A stretch of DNA of 64,000 nt, from the NCBI GenBank assembly GCA_963739595.1, contig CAVUBA010000037.1:19627-83626 (forward strand), read 5' to 3'. The notes beneath the pieces were generated by a model. The model searched no databases. It was given only the letters and a program-made list of their open reading frames with translations, and had not been told where the DNA came from. This DNA is from an uncultured Thermoleophilia bacterium. Its GTDB lineage: Bacteria > Actinomycetota > Thermoleophilia > UBA2241. Shown in pieces: positions 18,051-31,535 of the stretch; position 1 is the first letter of the stretch, and each line of letters opens with the position of its first letter. Both the position numbers and the translations under genes were made by a program.

Positions 18051-20107
18051 ATGACCGACGACACCACACCGATGGGCACCACCCGCCCCAAGGCCTCCAT
18101 GCGGCAGCTGATCTGGCCCGCGATCGGCAGTTCGTTCGCCAAGCTCGATCCTCGCGACGTCGCGCACAACCCCGTGATGTTCGTGGTCGAGGTCGGCAGC
18201 GTGATCACGACCATCGCCTTCATCGCCGCCGTCGCGTCCGGACACGGCGAGACGGCCTTCGTCGGCTGGGTGAGCTTCTGGCTCTGGTTCACCGTGCTGT
18301 TCGCCAACTTCGCCACGGCGATGGCCGAGGGCCGCGGCAAGGCCCAGGCCGACACGCTGCGCAGGACCAAGACCGAGACGCTCGCCAACGTCGAGGTCGA
18401 CGGCGCGATCAAGCAGGTCGCCGGCGAACGAGCTGCGCAAGGGCGACATCGTGGTGGTCGTCGCCGGCGAGATCATCCCCGGCGACGGCGACGTCATCGA
18501 GGGCATCGCCTCGGTCGACGAGTCGGCGATCACCGGCGAGTCGGCGCCGGTCATCCGCGAGAGCGGCGGCGACCGCAGCGCCGTCACCGGCGGCACGCGC
18601 GTGCTCTCCGACCGGATCAAGGTGCGGATCACGTCCGACCCGGGCCAGACCTTCCTCGACCGCATGATCGCGCTCGTCGAGGGCGCCGAGCGGCAGAAGA
18701 CGCCCAACGAGATCGCGCTCAACATCCTCCTCGCCGGGCTCACGCTCATCTTCCTCATCGTGATCGTCACCCTGCAGCCCTTCGCCATCTACAGCGACGC
18801 GAAGGTCTCGGTGACGATCCTGATCGCCTTGCTCGTCTGCCTGATCCCCACGACCATCGGCGGTCTGCTCTCGGCGATCGGCATCGCCGGCATGGACCGC
18901 CTCGTGCGCCACAACGTCCTCGCCATGTCGGGGCGCGCTGTGGAGGCCGCCGGCGACGTCGACGTGCTGCTCCTCGACAAGACCGGCACGATCACGCTCG
19001 GCAACCGCCAGGCGTCGGAGTTCATCCCCATGCCGGGGGTCACCGTCGAGGAGCTCGCCGACGCCGCCCAGCTGGCGCTCGCTCGCCGACGAGACGCCGG
19101 AGGGCCGCTCCGTCGTGGTGCTGGCCAAGCAGTTCGGCATCCGCGGCCGTCACATCGACCCGGAGCACGCCGAGTTCGTCGAGTTCACGGCGCAGACGCG
19201 CATGAGCGGCATCGACCTCGACGGCCACTCGATCCGCAAGGGCGCCGGCGACGCGGTCCTCGCCTGGGTCCGGCAGCACGGCGGCGAGGTGCCGTCCGAA
19301 CTCGAGTCTACGCTGGCGCAGGTCTCCGGCCAGGGCGGCACCCCGCTCGCCGTGGCGATGGACGACCGCGCCCTCGGCGTCATCCACCTCAAGGACATCG
19401 TCAAGGGCGGCATCCGCGAGCGCTTCGACCAGATGCGCGCCATGGGCATCCGCACCGTGATGATCACCGGCGACAACCCGCTCACCGCGGCGGTGATCGC
19501 CGAGGAGGCCGGCGTGGACGACTTCCTCGCCGAGGCCACGCCGGAGACCAAGATGGAGCTCATCAAGCGCGAGCAGCAGCAGGGCAAGCTCGTCGCGATG
19601 ACCGGCGACGGCACCAACGACGCGCCGGCGCTCGCGCAGGCCGACGTCGGCGTCGCCATGAACACCGGGACCATGGCCGCCAAAGAGGCCGGCAACATGG
19701 TCGATCTCGACTCCAACCCCACCAAGCTCATCGAGATCGTGGAGATCGGCAAGCAGCTGCTCATCACGCGCGGCGCGCTCACGACCTTCAGCATCGCCAA
19801 CGACGTGGCCAAGTACTTCGCCATCATCCCGGCGATGTTCATGGTCGCGTTCCCGGAGCTCGCGGGACTCAACGTCATGCGCCTGCACTCCGCCAACAGC
19901 GCGATCCTCGCGGCGGTCATCTTCAACGCCATCATCATCGTGCTGCTGATCCCGCTGGCGCTGCGCGGCGTGAAGTTCCGCGCGATCCCGGCGGCGGCGC
20001 TCCTGCGCTACAACCTGCTCGTCTACGGGCTCGGTGGAGTCATCGCGCCGTTCATCGGGATAAAACTCATCGACATGCTCCTTGTGGCGTTCCACCTGAC
20101 GAGCTGA
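18051..20107 (+). CDS. kdpB: K+-transporting ATPase subunit B (P-type); two frame changes
   Basis: Three pieces: 18051.., 18451.. ([11 protein letters not shown]) and 19115.. ([29 protein letters not shown]). Changes at about 18420 and about 19085. Confidence 0.9.
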
Positions 20108-20119
20108 GGGCAGACGACG

Positions 20120-20699
20120 ATGAGGAACCATCTGAACATCGCGATCCGCATGACCATCCTGACCGCGATCCTGCTCGGCCTCCTGTATCCACTGGTCATC
20201 ACCGGCATCGCCCAGGTCGTCTTTCCGGGCGCGGCAAACGGCAGCCTCGTGAAGGTGAACGGCCAGGTCGTCGGCTCGAGCCTGATCGCCCAGGGATTCA
20301 CCCAGGCCAAGTACTTCCAGCCGCGACCCTCGGCGGCCGGCAAGGGCTACGACGCCATGGCGTCGTCCGCCTCCAACCTCGGACCGACGAACCGCGCGCT
20401 CATCGACCGCGTCAGCGCCGCGGTCGACCAGGCGGTGCGGCAGGACCCGGGGCTGCGGAGACGGGAACGTTCCTGTCGACATGGTCACGACGTCCGGCAG
20501 CGGGCTCGACCCGGACATCACCGTCGCCAACGCGCGCGCGCAGGCTCCGCGCGTGGCCGCGGCGCGCGGCATGAGCCTCGCCGCGGTCCTGCGGCTGGTG
20601 GCCGCGCACACCACCGGCCGCACGTTCGGCTTCCTCGGCGAGCCGCGCGTCAACGTGCTCGAGCTGAACCTCGCACTCGACGCGGCTCACGGAGGCTGA
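20120..20699 (+). CDS. kdpC: K+-transporting ATPase subunit C; one frame change
   Basis: [43 protein letters not shown]...SNLGPTN. It then continues in the 20481 frame ([29 protein letters not shown]). The change is at about 20460. Confidence 0.85.
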
Positions 20700-20701
20700 C
20701 G

Positions 20702-21844
20702 ATGTCCGCCGAGGAGTCGGCCGACGAGGTCTACTCGCTGCGGACACTGCGCAAGCGCGGCCGCCTCAAGGTCTTCCTCGGGTACGCACCCGGAGTCGGC
20801 AAGACCTTCACGATGCTCGGCGAGGCGCACCGGCGCTGCTCGCGCGGCGAGGACGTCGTCATCGGCTTCGTCGAGACGCACGGCCGCGAGGAGACGGCCG
20901 AGATGGTCGAGGGTCTCGAGCAGGTGCCGCTCAAGCGCCTCACCTACCGCGGCAAGGAGTTCGAGGAACTCGACACCGACGCCGTGATCGCGCGCCGGCC
21001 GGAGTGGGTGCTGGTCGACGAGCTGGCGCACACCAACATCCCCGGCGCGCGGCACGAGAAGCGGTGGCAGAGCGTGGCCGAGATCCAGGCCGCCGGGATC
21101 AACGTCATCACCACGGTCAACATCCAGCACGTCGAGAGCCTGAACGACACCGTGTACGACATCACCAGCGTCCGCGTGCAGGAGACCGTCCCGGACGCCG
21201 TGATCGACACGGCCGACGAGGTCGTGCTCGTGGACCTCACGACCGCCGCGCTGCTCAACCGCCTGCGGCGCGGCGTCGTCTACGACCTCGACAAGATCCC
21301 CGGCGCGCTGGCCAACTTCTTCAAGCGCGAGAACCTGGTCGCTCTGCGCGAGCTGGCCCTGCGCAAGACCGCCGAGGAGGTCGACGAGTTCCTCGAGCGC
21401 ATCACGCAGGGAGAGGAGGCGCTGCACCCCTGGGCCGCCGAGGAGCGCATCCTGATCTGCATCCGGCCCAACGGCGTCGCCGCCAAGCTCATCCGCAGAG
21501 GCCACCGGCTCGCGAAGCGCTTCCAGGGGCGCTTCTGGGTGCTGCACGTGCGCACGCACGCCCAGGTCGGCGGCAGGCGGGAGATCGAGCAGCTGTTCGA
21601 GCTCGCCGAGGAGCTGGGCGGGAAGAGCGTCGAGGTGGAGGGCGACGCGGTGGCGGAGGAGATCCTGCGGTTCGCCCAGGAGCATCGCATCACCTACATC
21701 GTCCTCGGCCAGTCCCGCCGCTCCCGGATGAGCGAGATCGTCCGCGGGTCGCGCATCGCGCACATCATCCGCGAGGTCGACCACATCGACGTCCTGGTCG
21801 TGGCCGATCCGAGCAAGTCGCCGCCCGTCCCGTCGGAGGCCTGA
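20702..21844 (+). CDS. Stand-alone KdpD N-terminal sensor domain + Usp domain protein
   Basis: [23 protein letters not shown]..., DELAHTN, and [17 protein letters not shown] form the KdpD-N (P-loop-like) domain. It is followed by a Usp-like C-terminal half (ILICIRPNG...ITYIVLGQS). The start is 3 nt after the kdpC stop. Intact. Confidence 0.85.
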   Translation: MSAEESADEVYSLRTLRKRGRLKVFLGYAPGVGKTFTMLGEAHRRCSRGEDVVIGFVETHGREETAEMVEGLEQVPLKRLTYRGKEFEELDTDAVIARRPEWVLVDELAHTNIPGARHEKRWQSVAEIQAAGINVITTVNIQHVESLNDTVYDITSVRVQETVPDAVIDTADEVVLVDLTTAALLNRLRRGVVYDLDKIPGALANFFKRENLVALRELALRKTAEEVDEFLERITQGEEALHPWAAEERILICIRPNGVAAKLIRRGHRLAKRFQGRFWVLHVRTHAQVGGRREIEQLFELAEELGGKSVEVEGDAVAEEILRFAQEHRITYIVLGQSRRSRMSEIVRGSRIAHIIREVDHIDVLVVADPSKSPPVPSEA

Positions 21845-22021
21845 GACCGGCTCCCGGGGGCGCGCGACGCGAGTGATGAGCCCGCTGCGCCATGCCCTCT
21901 TTATGCATTCTTAATACCCGCATGTCCCGCCTTAACGGTCTCTTGATGCCGGTCCTCGACTAGGCTGCACTGACCGGACTACACTGTCGTGAGCGCGCCC
22001 GCGAGGGCGCGTTCGACTGCC

Positions 22022-24871
<2,850 letters not shown>

Positions 24872-24872
<1 letters not shown>

Positions 24873-25525
24873 TGAAGGTGATCATCGTCGGCTGCGGCCG
24901 CGTCGGAGCGTACACCGCGGCCGCCCTGGCCCGGCAGGGTCACGAGGTGGTCGTGATCGACAAGGACCCGCAGGCGTTCCGGCTGCTGCCCCACGGCTTC
25001 AGCGGCAGCACCATCAAGGGGTATGCGTTCGACCGTGACGTCCTCGAAGAGGCCGGCATCGCCGAGGCCGACGCGCTCGTCGCCGCGACGTCCGGCGACA
25101 ACACCAACGCCGTGAGCGCGCGCATCGCCAAGGAGGTCTACCGCGTCCCGGACGTGGTGAGCCGCATCTACGACCCGCAGCGCGCCGAGATCTACCGGCA
25201 CTACGGCATCCAGACGTTCGCGCCCACGGCGTGGAGCGCCGGCCGCATCATCGAGTTCCTCGTGAGCGGCAACGTCGAACGTGAGGAGAGCTACGGCAAC
25301 GGCGAGGTGGAGATGATCGCCGCCTTCGTCCCGAGGCACCTCATCGGCAAGCCGGTCAACGACCTGCGCATCCTCGGCGAGATCAGGGTCGGGCTCATCG
25401 TGAGGATGGGCAAGGCCATGCTGCCGGTCTCCGGGACGGAGTTCCAGGAGGACGATCAGGTCTACGCGCTCGTGCACCAGGGCGCCGTCGAGAAGTTCCA
25501 GAAGATGATGGGGTGGAAGGCATGA
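24872..25525 (+). CDS. TrkA/RCK-family K+ transport regulatory protein (TrkA-N + TrkA-C)
   Basis: MKVIIVGCGRVGAYTAAALARQGHEVVVIDKD (Rossmann fold), with a C-terminal RCK-C part. Its ATG overlaps the ATPase stop (TGATG). Confidence 0.85.
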
Positions 25526-26184
25526 AGGTCTTCGTCGGAGGAGGCGGGACGCTGGGCAGGCGCGTCACCAAGTACGTCAGCGAGAGGCACGACGTCACGA
25601 TGATCGAGAAGGATCCCGCGCGCTTCCAGGCTATGACCGAGGCGTTCGCCGGCTGGAAGGAAGTCACCGTGCTGCTGGGCGACATCGACGAACCGGGCGT
25701 GCTGCTCGAGGCCGGCGTCGACCGCGCCGACGTCTTCGTCGCGGCGACCGGGGACGACGAGGACAACCTCGTCGGCTGCCTCCTCGCCAAGAACGAGTTC
25801 AAGGTGAAGCGGGTCATCGGCACGGTGCGCAACCCGCGCAACCGCTGGCTGTACAACCGCAGCTGGGGTGTGGACGTGGCCATCGACGCGGCGCAGATCG
25901 TGACGCGCATCATCGAGGAGGAGGCGACCCTCACCGACCTCGTCCGCCTGCTCGACCTGCGCGAGGGCGAAGTGACGCTGAGCGCGATGACGGCGACGGA
26001 GGACGGCAAGCTCGCCGGCAAGACCTTCGACGACCTCGGCGTGCCGGAGGGCTGCTTCCCGGTCGCGCTCCTGCGCGGCACCGACCTGGTGATGCCGGGC
26101 AAGGACGTGCGCATCCAGGTGGGCGACGCCCTGCTGATCCTGGCGGGACCGGGCGGCACCTGCAAGATCGACACGTTCGGCTGA
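25522..26184 (+). CDS. TrkA/RCK-family protein, second paralogue
   Basis: MKVFVGGGGTLGRRVTKYVSERHDVTMIEKD... Its ATG overlaps the previous stop (ATGA). Confidence 0.85.
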   Translation: MKVFVGGGGTLGRRVTKYVSERHDVTMIEKDPARFQAMTEAFAGWKEVTVLLGDIDEPGVLLEAGVDRADVFVAATGDDEDNLVGCLLAKNEFKVKRVIGTVRNPRNRWLYNRSWGVDVAIDAAQIVTRIIEEEATLTDLVRLLDLREGEVTLSAMTATEDGKLAGKTFDDLGVPEGCFPVALLRGTDLVMPGKDVRIQVGDALLILAGPGGTCKIDTFG

Positions 26185-26203
26185 GCGGAAGGACCGTGCC
26201 GCA

Positions 26204-26749
26204 ATGGACATCACCCTGAGGGAGTTCACCCGGGACGACATCGCTCGTCTCATCGGCTGGGTCAACTCGGGCGGACCCGACTTCTTCGTGCGCTGGGCGG
26301 GCACGGCGTTCGACTATCCGCTGACCGAGGCGCAGCTGGAGGCGCATCTGGCCGAAGCCGAGGGCACGGACGCGACGCGACGCCTCTTCGCCGCCGTCGA
26401 CGACGCCTCCGGTGAGGTCGTGGGGCACGCCGAGCTCAGCCGCGTCGATCGCAAGAACCGGTCGGCTTCGATCTCGAGACTCCTCGTCGGCGACCCGGCC
26501 GCGCGCGGCAAGGGCATCGGCGCGCAGATCGTCAGCCGCGTGCTGGACGTCGCCTTCGGCGAGATGTCCCTGCATCGCGTGGACCTCTACGTGCTCGAGT
26601 TCCACGTCGCCGCCCTCAGCATGTACAAGGGCCTCGGCTTCAAGACCGAGGGTCACCTCGTCGAGGCGCGCCGCGCCGGCGGCAAGTACTGGAACGCCTA
26701 CTACATGGCGATGCTCGAGGAGGAGTGGCTCGGCCGCGACTCCGCGTGA
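26204..26749 (+). CDS. GNAT-family N-acetyltransferase
   Basis: ...LLVGDPAARGKGIGAQIVSRVLDVAF...LGFKTEG. Intact, 181 aa. Confidence 0.8.
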   Translation: MDITLREFTRDDIARLIGWVNSGGPDFFVRWAGTAFDYPLTEAQLEAHLAEAEGTDATRRLFAAVDDASGEVVGHAELSRVDRKNRSASISRLLVGDPAARGKGIGAQIVSRVLDVAFGEMSLHRVDLYVLEFHVAALSMYKGLGFKTEGHLVEARRAGGKYWNAYYMAMLEEEWLGRDSA

Positions 26750-26859
26750 CCCCGGGCCCGGCACTGTCCACTTCGGCAGGGCCCGCCTTGACTCGCTCCC
26801 GGCAGGTGTCGTCTACTGGCGGCTGCGCACCGCCGTGCGCGTTCCCGAAGGAGCCGCCC

Positions 26860-27021
26860 GTGGGGCACAGGTTCAGCATCGAGACCGGAGGCCGTCACGC
26901 CGCGCGCCCCTTGCGCAGCGAGCAGCTCACGGCCGCCCACAGCCTGTTCCGCCACGCACGCCCCGGCCGCTACTTCGGCGGTCTCTGGTTCAAGGTCTTC
27001 AGCGAACGCGGACCCTGCTGA
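26860..27021 (+). CDS. Small ORF (53 aa) of unknown function with a good SD, upstream of the MttB-family gene
   Basis: GAAGGAG lies 7 nt upstream of GTG 26860. Sequence: VGHRFSIETGGRHAARPLRSEQLTAAHSLFRHARPGRYFGGLWFKVFSERGPC. Third positions are mostly G/C by eye. No family recognised. Confidence 0.35.
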   Translation: MGHRFSIETGGRHAARPLRSEQLTAAHSLFRHARPGRYFGGLWFKVFSERGPC

Positions 27022-27125
27022 CGCCACAGCAGGACCGGCCGCCGAAGGGCCGCGCGAAGCGCGCGAGCCCGGCGGCCACTCACCGCTCGACCACCGCCGA
27101 AGGACCACCTACGAAGGGGATCACC

Positions 27126-28529
27126 GTGAACCGAGCCACACTCAGGGTCTGGGACGACGACGCCTGCAGCCGCGTACACCAGGCGTCGCTGGCGGTGCTG
27201 GAGCAGACCGGCGTCGACGTGAAGGACGAGCACGCACGCGGCCTGTTCGCCGCCGCCGGCGCCGCAGTCGACGGGCGGCGGGTCCGGCTGCCCGCCGCGC
27301 TCGTCGAAGACGCCGTCGCAAGCGCCCCGCGCGCCTGGACGCTGCGGCCGCGCGGCGGCGACACCACGCCGCTCGAGCTGCGTGACGGCGCCGGGTACTT
27401 CGGCAGCGGACCCGACTGCCTCTACGTCTCCGATCCGGAGACGGGCAAGCGCCGGCGCGCGCTGCTCGCCGACGTCGAGGCCGCCGCGCGCGTCGCCGAG
27501 GCGCTGCCCAACGTCGACTTCGTGATGAGCATGGCGCTGCCGGACGACGTCGCCAACGAGGTGGTGGACGTCGTCCAGTTCGGCGCCATGCTGCGCGGCA
27601 CACGCAAGCCGATCGTCGTCTCGAGCCCCTTCGGCGGCGAGACGCTGTACACCATGCACGAGATGGCGGCGGCGGCCGGCGAGGCCGGCAGCTTCGCCTG
27701 CCTCGCCATGAGCTCGCCGCCGCTGCAGCTCGACGACGTCTGCTGCACCAAGGCGCTCGCCTGCGCCGACCTCGACGTCCCGCTGGTGCTCGCGCCGTCC
27801 GTGTCGGCCGGCGCGCAGGGGCCGGCGTCGCTCTCGGCGTGCGTGGCCGTGGCCAACGCCGAGGTGCTCGCCGGCCTCGTCGTGCACCAGCTGGGCAAGG
27901 CCGGCGCCCCCTTCGTCATGGGCGTCGGCACGGGCGTGATGAACATGCAGTACGCCGTGGAGGTCTACAACTCGCCCGGCGTGTTCCTCGGCAACCAGGC
28001 GCAGCTGGACCTGATCCGCTGGTACGGCCTCCCGAGCTGGCACTACGCCGGCCACTCCGACAGCAAGGCGCTGGACGAGCAGTGGGCGCTCGAGGTGGGC
28101 ATCGCCACGATCATGGGCGCGCTCTCGCGAGCGACGCTGCTCCACGACGTCGGCTACCTCGAGAGCGGCCTGCAGAGCGCGCTCGAGGGGCTCGTGCTCG
28201 GCGACGAGGTCGCCGGCTACGCCCGCGCCCTGCTCACCGAGCTGCCGGTGACCGACGAGGCACTCGCGCTCGCCGAGGTCGCGGCCGTCGGCCCCGGCGG
28301 CAACCACCTCGGCACGAAGATGACGCGGCGGCACTTCCGCGAGTTCTGGCGCGCGTCGCTGATCGACCAGAGCACCTTCGACCGCTGGTCCGCCGCCGGC
28401 AGCCCGACGCTGCTGGAGCGGGTACGCGCCCGCCTCGCCGAGATCCGGGCGGCGGGCCCGGCGTTCACCCTGGACGAGGAGACGCTGCGGACGCTCGACC
28501 GCCTGGCGTCCGGCGCCGGCGTGGCCTGA
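27126..28529 (+). CDS. MttB-superfamily (trimethylamine methyltransferase-like) protein, non-pyrrolysine type
   Basis: Family-typical N-terminus (...ACSRVHQASLAVLEQTGVDVKDEHARGLFAAAGAAVDGRRVRLPAALVEDAVASAPR...), 467 aa, no in-frame TAG. GTG start is preceded by GAAGGGGA. Confidence 0.7.
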   Translation: MNRATLRVWDDDACSRVHQASLAVLEQTGVDVKDEHARGLFAAAGAAVDGRRVRLPAALVEDAVASAPRAWTLRPRGGDTTPLELRDGAGYFGSGPDCLYVSDPETGKRRRALLADVEAAARVAEALPNVDFVMSMALPDDVANEVVDVVQFGAMLRGTRKPIVVSSPFGGETLYTMHEMAAAAGEAGSFACLAMSSPPLQLDDVCCTKALACADLDVPLVLAPSVSAGAQGPASLSACVAVANAEVLAGLVVHQLGKAGAPFVMGVGTGVMNMQYAVEVYNSPGVFLGNQAQLDLIRWYGLPSWHYAGHSDSKALDEQWALEVGIATIMGALSRATLLHDVGYLESGLQSALEGLVLGDEVAGYARALLTELPVTDEALALAEVAAVGPGGNHLGTKMTRRHFREFWRASLIDQSTFDRWSAAGSPTLLERVRARLAEIRAAGPAFTLDEETLRTLDRLASGAGVA

Positions 28530-28747
28530 CCCGGCGAGGCCGGCCGCTCGACCCCGGCGGTCGGCGCGCGGCGCGCGTTCATCCACCGGCGCCTCCCTGC
28601 CGATACCCATCATCGCCAGGGCCGGCGCTGAACGGCGCCGCACGTTTTGGACGGTCTGCACGGGGAAGACAAGCGGCGCGTGCCACGCCTGGAGCGGCGC
28701 GCAGGGGCAGTCGGGGGCGGCTGCAGAGCCGCCGGGAGGTGTGAGCC

Positions 28748-29787
28748 GTGAGACTGAGACTCGTGGTCGTGGCCGCGTTCCTCGCCCTCGCGGCCGTGCC
28801 CGCCGTACTTCGCCTACACCACCGGCGTGCTCCCCGGCCCCACCCAGGCCTCGGCCGAGTCCTCCACAGCCGCCCGGGGCGTCGCGCACCCCATCGGACG
28901 TCTGGCCTGGCCGGTCGAGCCCATGGGGCTCACCGCGACTGACACCAGCCGTGCTGTGGGAGCAGCGCGATCCGAGCCCCTCGGTCGCCGGACTGTGGTC
29001 CTACGACGTGCGCACGCAGCGCACCGGCCGGGTCCTCGGGCGGTCGGCGACCGGCAAGTCGGCCGGCTTCCCCAGCGCCTCCGGCGACGTGATCGCCTGG
29101 GCGGCCTGGGCCGGCCGCCGCGGCGCCGGGCAGCCGCAGATCCAGGCCTACGACGCCGCCAGCACGCGCCGCTGGACCGTCGCCCAGGCAGGGAGCGACC
29201 CCACCGTCGCCGGCGAGAGCGTGCTCTGGGTCGAGCCCGGCGGCGCCGGCGACAGCGACCTCATCCGCGGCAGCAACTCGCTGACCGACGAGGAGTACTC
29301 CATCACGGCCGACGGCCACGTCCGCGCCATCGCCGCCTGGGGCAACTGGGCCGTCTGGATCGCCGGCCACGGCAAGTCCGGAGCCGTGTGGGCGGGGTCG
29401 TACACCGGCGCCGCCCGCCACAAGCTGGCCGCGACGGGCACGGCGGTCGCGATCGACCGTGACCGCATCCTCTGGGCGGCCCACGTGGGCCGCCACTCCA
29501 CCGCCGTGGTCTCGTGGGACCGCCACTCGAGGCGCTCGAAGGTGCTGTGCCGAGTCGCGGGGACCGTCTCGTCGCTCGTCGTGAGCCGCCGGTACGCCGC
29601 GTGGGTCACCACGCGCGAGGCGACCGGCTCCCAGGTGTGGGTCTACGACTTCGGCGCCGGCAAGGCGAGCACCATCAGCGCCGGGGACGGCCGCCAGGCC
29701 AGCCCCGTCATCGTGGCCGGCAGCGTGTACTGGGCCGACGACCGCAGCGGACACTGGGAGCTCTACGCCCGGTCGCTGCAGCCGTGA
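28748..29787 (+). CDS. Hypothetical secreted Trp-rich repeat protein (beta-propeller-like); two frame changes near the 5' end
   Basis: VRLRLVVVAAFLALAAVPA is a signal-like N-terminus behind GGGAGG. The body has recurring motifs VIAWAAW, VLWVEPG, WGNWAVWIAG, ILWAAH, YAAWVTT and VYWADD. Changes at about 28810 and about 28935. Confidence 0.5.
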
Positions 29788-29881
29788 GCTTGGTCCCGGC
29801 GCGGCCGCCCGCAGGGAGAGCCGCGCTCCTCGTATAGACTCCGCGAGGGCGATCCACGCCCGCCACCGATCTGGAGGCCTC

Positions 29882-30778
29882 ATGCCCGTCATCAAGGCCG
29901 AGCACCTGTCCAAGCGCTTCGGCAAGAAGGTCCTCGCCGTCGACGACGTGAGCTTCGCGATCGAGGCGGGCACCATCACCGGCGTGCTCGGCCCCAACGG
30001 CGCCGGCAAGACGACCACCCTGCGCATGATCCTCGACCTCGTACGCCCGACGGCGGGGACGGTGACGATCCTCGGCAGCCGCTACCGCGAGCTGCGCGCG
30101 CCCGCCGCACGGGTCGGCGCGCTCCTCGACTCCTCCGGCTTCCATCCCGGCCGCTCCGGGCGCAACGCGCTGCGCGTGATCGCCACCGGCGCCGGCGTCT
30201 CCGACGCGCGCGTGGACGAGACGCTCGCGCTGGTCGAGCTGGAAGGCGCGGCGAAGCGCGCGGTCAAGGGCTACTCGACCGGCATGAAGCAGCGCCTCGC
30301 GCTGGCGGCGGCGCTCCTCGGCGACCCCGAGGTCCTCATCCTCGACGAGCCGGCCAACGGCCTCGACCCGGAGGGGATGCTGTGGCTGCGCACGTTCCTG
30401 CGCAAGCTCGCCACCGAGGGTCGGACGGTGGTGGTCTCGAGCCACGTCCTGGCGGAAGTCGAGCAGACCGTCGACGACATCCTCATCATGAGCAAGGGAA
30501 AGCTCCTCGCCCAGGGCCCGATCCACGAGCTGACCGCGTCGACGCAGCCAGTGGTCCGTGCGCGCTCGCCGCAGGCGGAAAGGCTTGAGGCCGCGCTCAT
30601 CTCCGCCGGCGCGGCCGTCAACCGCCTGAACGACGCGCTCGCGGTGCGCGGGCCTTCGGCCGCCGAGGTCGGCGACATCGCGCACGGCCACGGCATCGCG
30701 CTCCACGAGCTGCTCACCGAGCAGCCGAGCCTGGAAGAGCTCTTCCTGCAGATCGCCGGCACGCGGAGGGAGCAGTGA
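29882..30778 (+). CDS. ABC transporter ATP-binding protein (ABC-2 exporter type)
   Basis: Walker A GPNGAGKTT, signature YSTGMKQRL, Walker B LILDEPANGLD. Intact. Confidence 0.9.
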   Translation: MPVIKAEHLSKRFGKKVLAVDDVSFAIEAGTITGVLGPNGAGKTTTLRMILDLVRPTAGTVTILGSRYRELRAPAARVGALLDSSGFHPGRSGRNALRVIATGAGVSDARVDETLALVELEGAAKRAVKGYSTGMKQRLALAAALLGDPEVLILDEPANGLDPEGMLWLRTFLRKLATEGRTVVVSSHVLAEVEQTVDDILIMSKGKLLAQGPIHELTASTQPVVRARSPQAERLEAALISAGAAVNRLNDALAVRGPSAAEVGDIAHGHGIALHELLTEQPSLEELFLQIAGTRREQ

Positions 30779-31528
30779 TCGCCCTCGCCCGCGCCGAGCT
30801 GCTCAAGCTGCGCAGCACGCGCACGGCCCTCGGCCTCTTCATCGTCATCCTGCGTGGTCACGCTCGTCCCGCTGACGGTGCTGATCTTCGCGGTGCCCAA
30901 GGACTGGCTGGAGACGGACGGGGTCGCCGGGTTTCTCAACACCGCGAGCGCCCTGGTGCCGCTCGTGCTGCTCGTGTTCGGCATCCTCGGCATGACCAAC
31001 GAGTACCGGCACGGCACCATCACCTACTCGTACCTGGTCACGCCGCGCCGCTGGCAGGTGATGGCCATGAAGCTGGTCGTCTACGCCGTCGTCGGCATCG
31101 TGACGATGGTGGTGGCGGTCGTTCTCGTCTACGTGGTGATCCGCCTCGGCGGAGCCATTCGCGGCGTCTCGATCGACGCGACGGGCGGAAGCACCCTCGG
31201 GGACTACGCCCGGCAGATCGTCGTGGCCGGGCTGATCACCACCTTCGGCGTCGCCCTGGGCGCACTGTTCCGCGCCCAGATCATCACCGTGGCCGGCGTC
31301 CTGATCTGGGCGCTCGCCGTGGAGAACATCATCGTCGTCCTCAAGCCGGCGATCGGCCGCTGGCTGCCCTTCACCGTGTTCGACACGGTGAGCGCCGGAC
31401 AGGTCAGCGGCGGCGCCGTCACCACGGACATGCTCACCCGCCCGCAGGCGTTCATGGTGAGCATTCTCTACATCGCCATCGTGAGCGTCGCGGCGGTCTT
31501 CATCTCCCTGCGCCGCGACGTGACCTGA
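30775..31528 (+). CDS. ABC-2 family transporter permease; one frame change
   Basis: The GTG overlaps the ATPase stop (GTGA). MIALARAELLKLRSTRTALGLFIVIL... continues in the 30854 frame with 5-6 TM segments. The change is at about 30850. Confidence 0.75.
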
Positions 31529-31535
31529 GGCCGCC

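Noticed and set aside
21845-22021. Mg2+ (M-box) or other riboswitch, or a clear sigma-70 promoter, upstream of the P-type ATPase.
   Set aside because: An AT-richer patch is present (ctttatgcattcttaataccc...cttgatgcc...taggct). The hexamer spacings do not fit a canonical promoter and no riboswitch core is recognisable.
26750-27125. Cobalamin riboswitch in front of the MttB-family gene.
   Set aside because: I could not find the conserved B12-box or a GCCACTG-type core. The gap is better explained by a small SD-preceded ORF. This was not tested with a covariance model.
27126-28529. Pyrrolysine (in-frame TAG) in the MttB-family gene.
   Set aside because: The ORF is continuous with no internal amber codon, so it is a non-Pyl family member.
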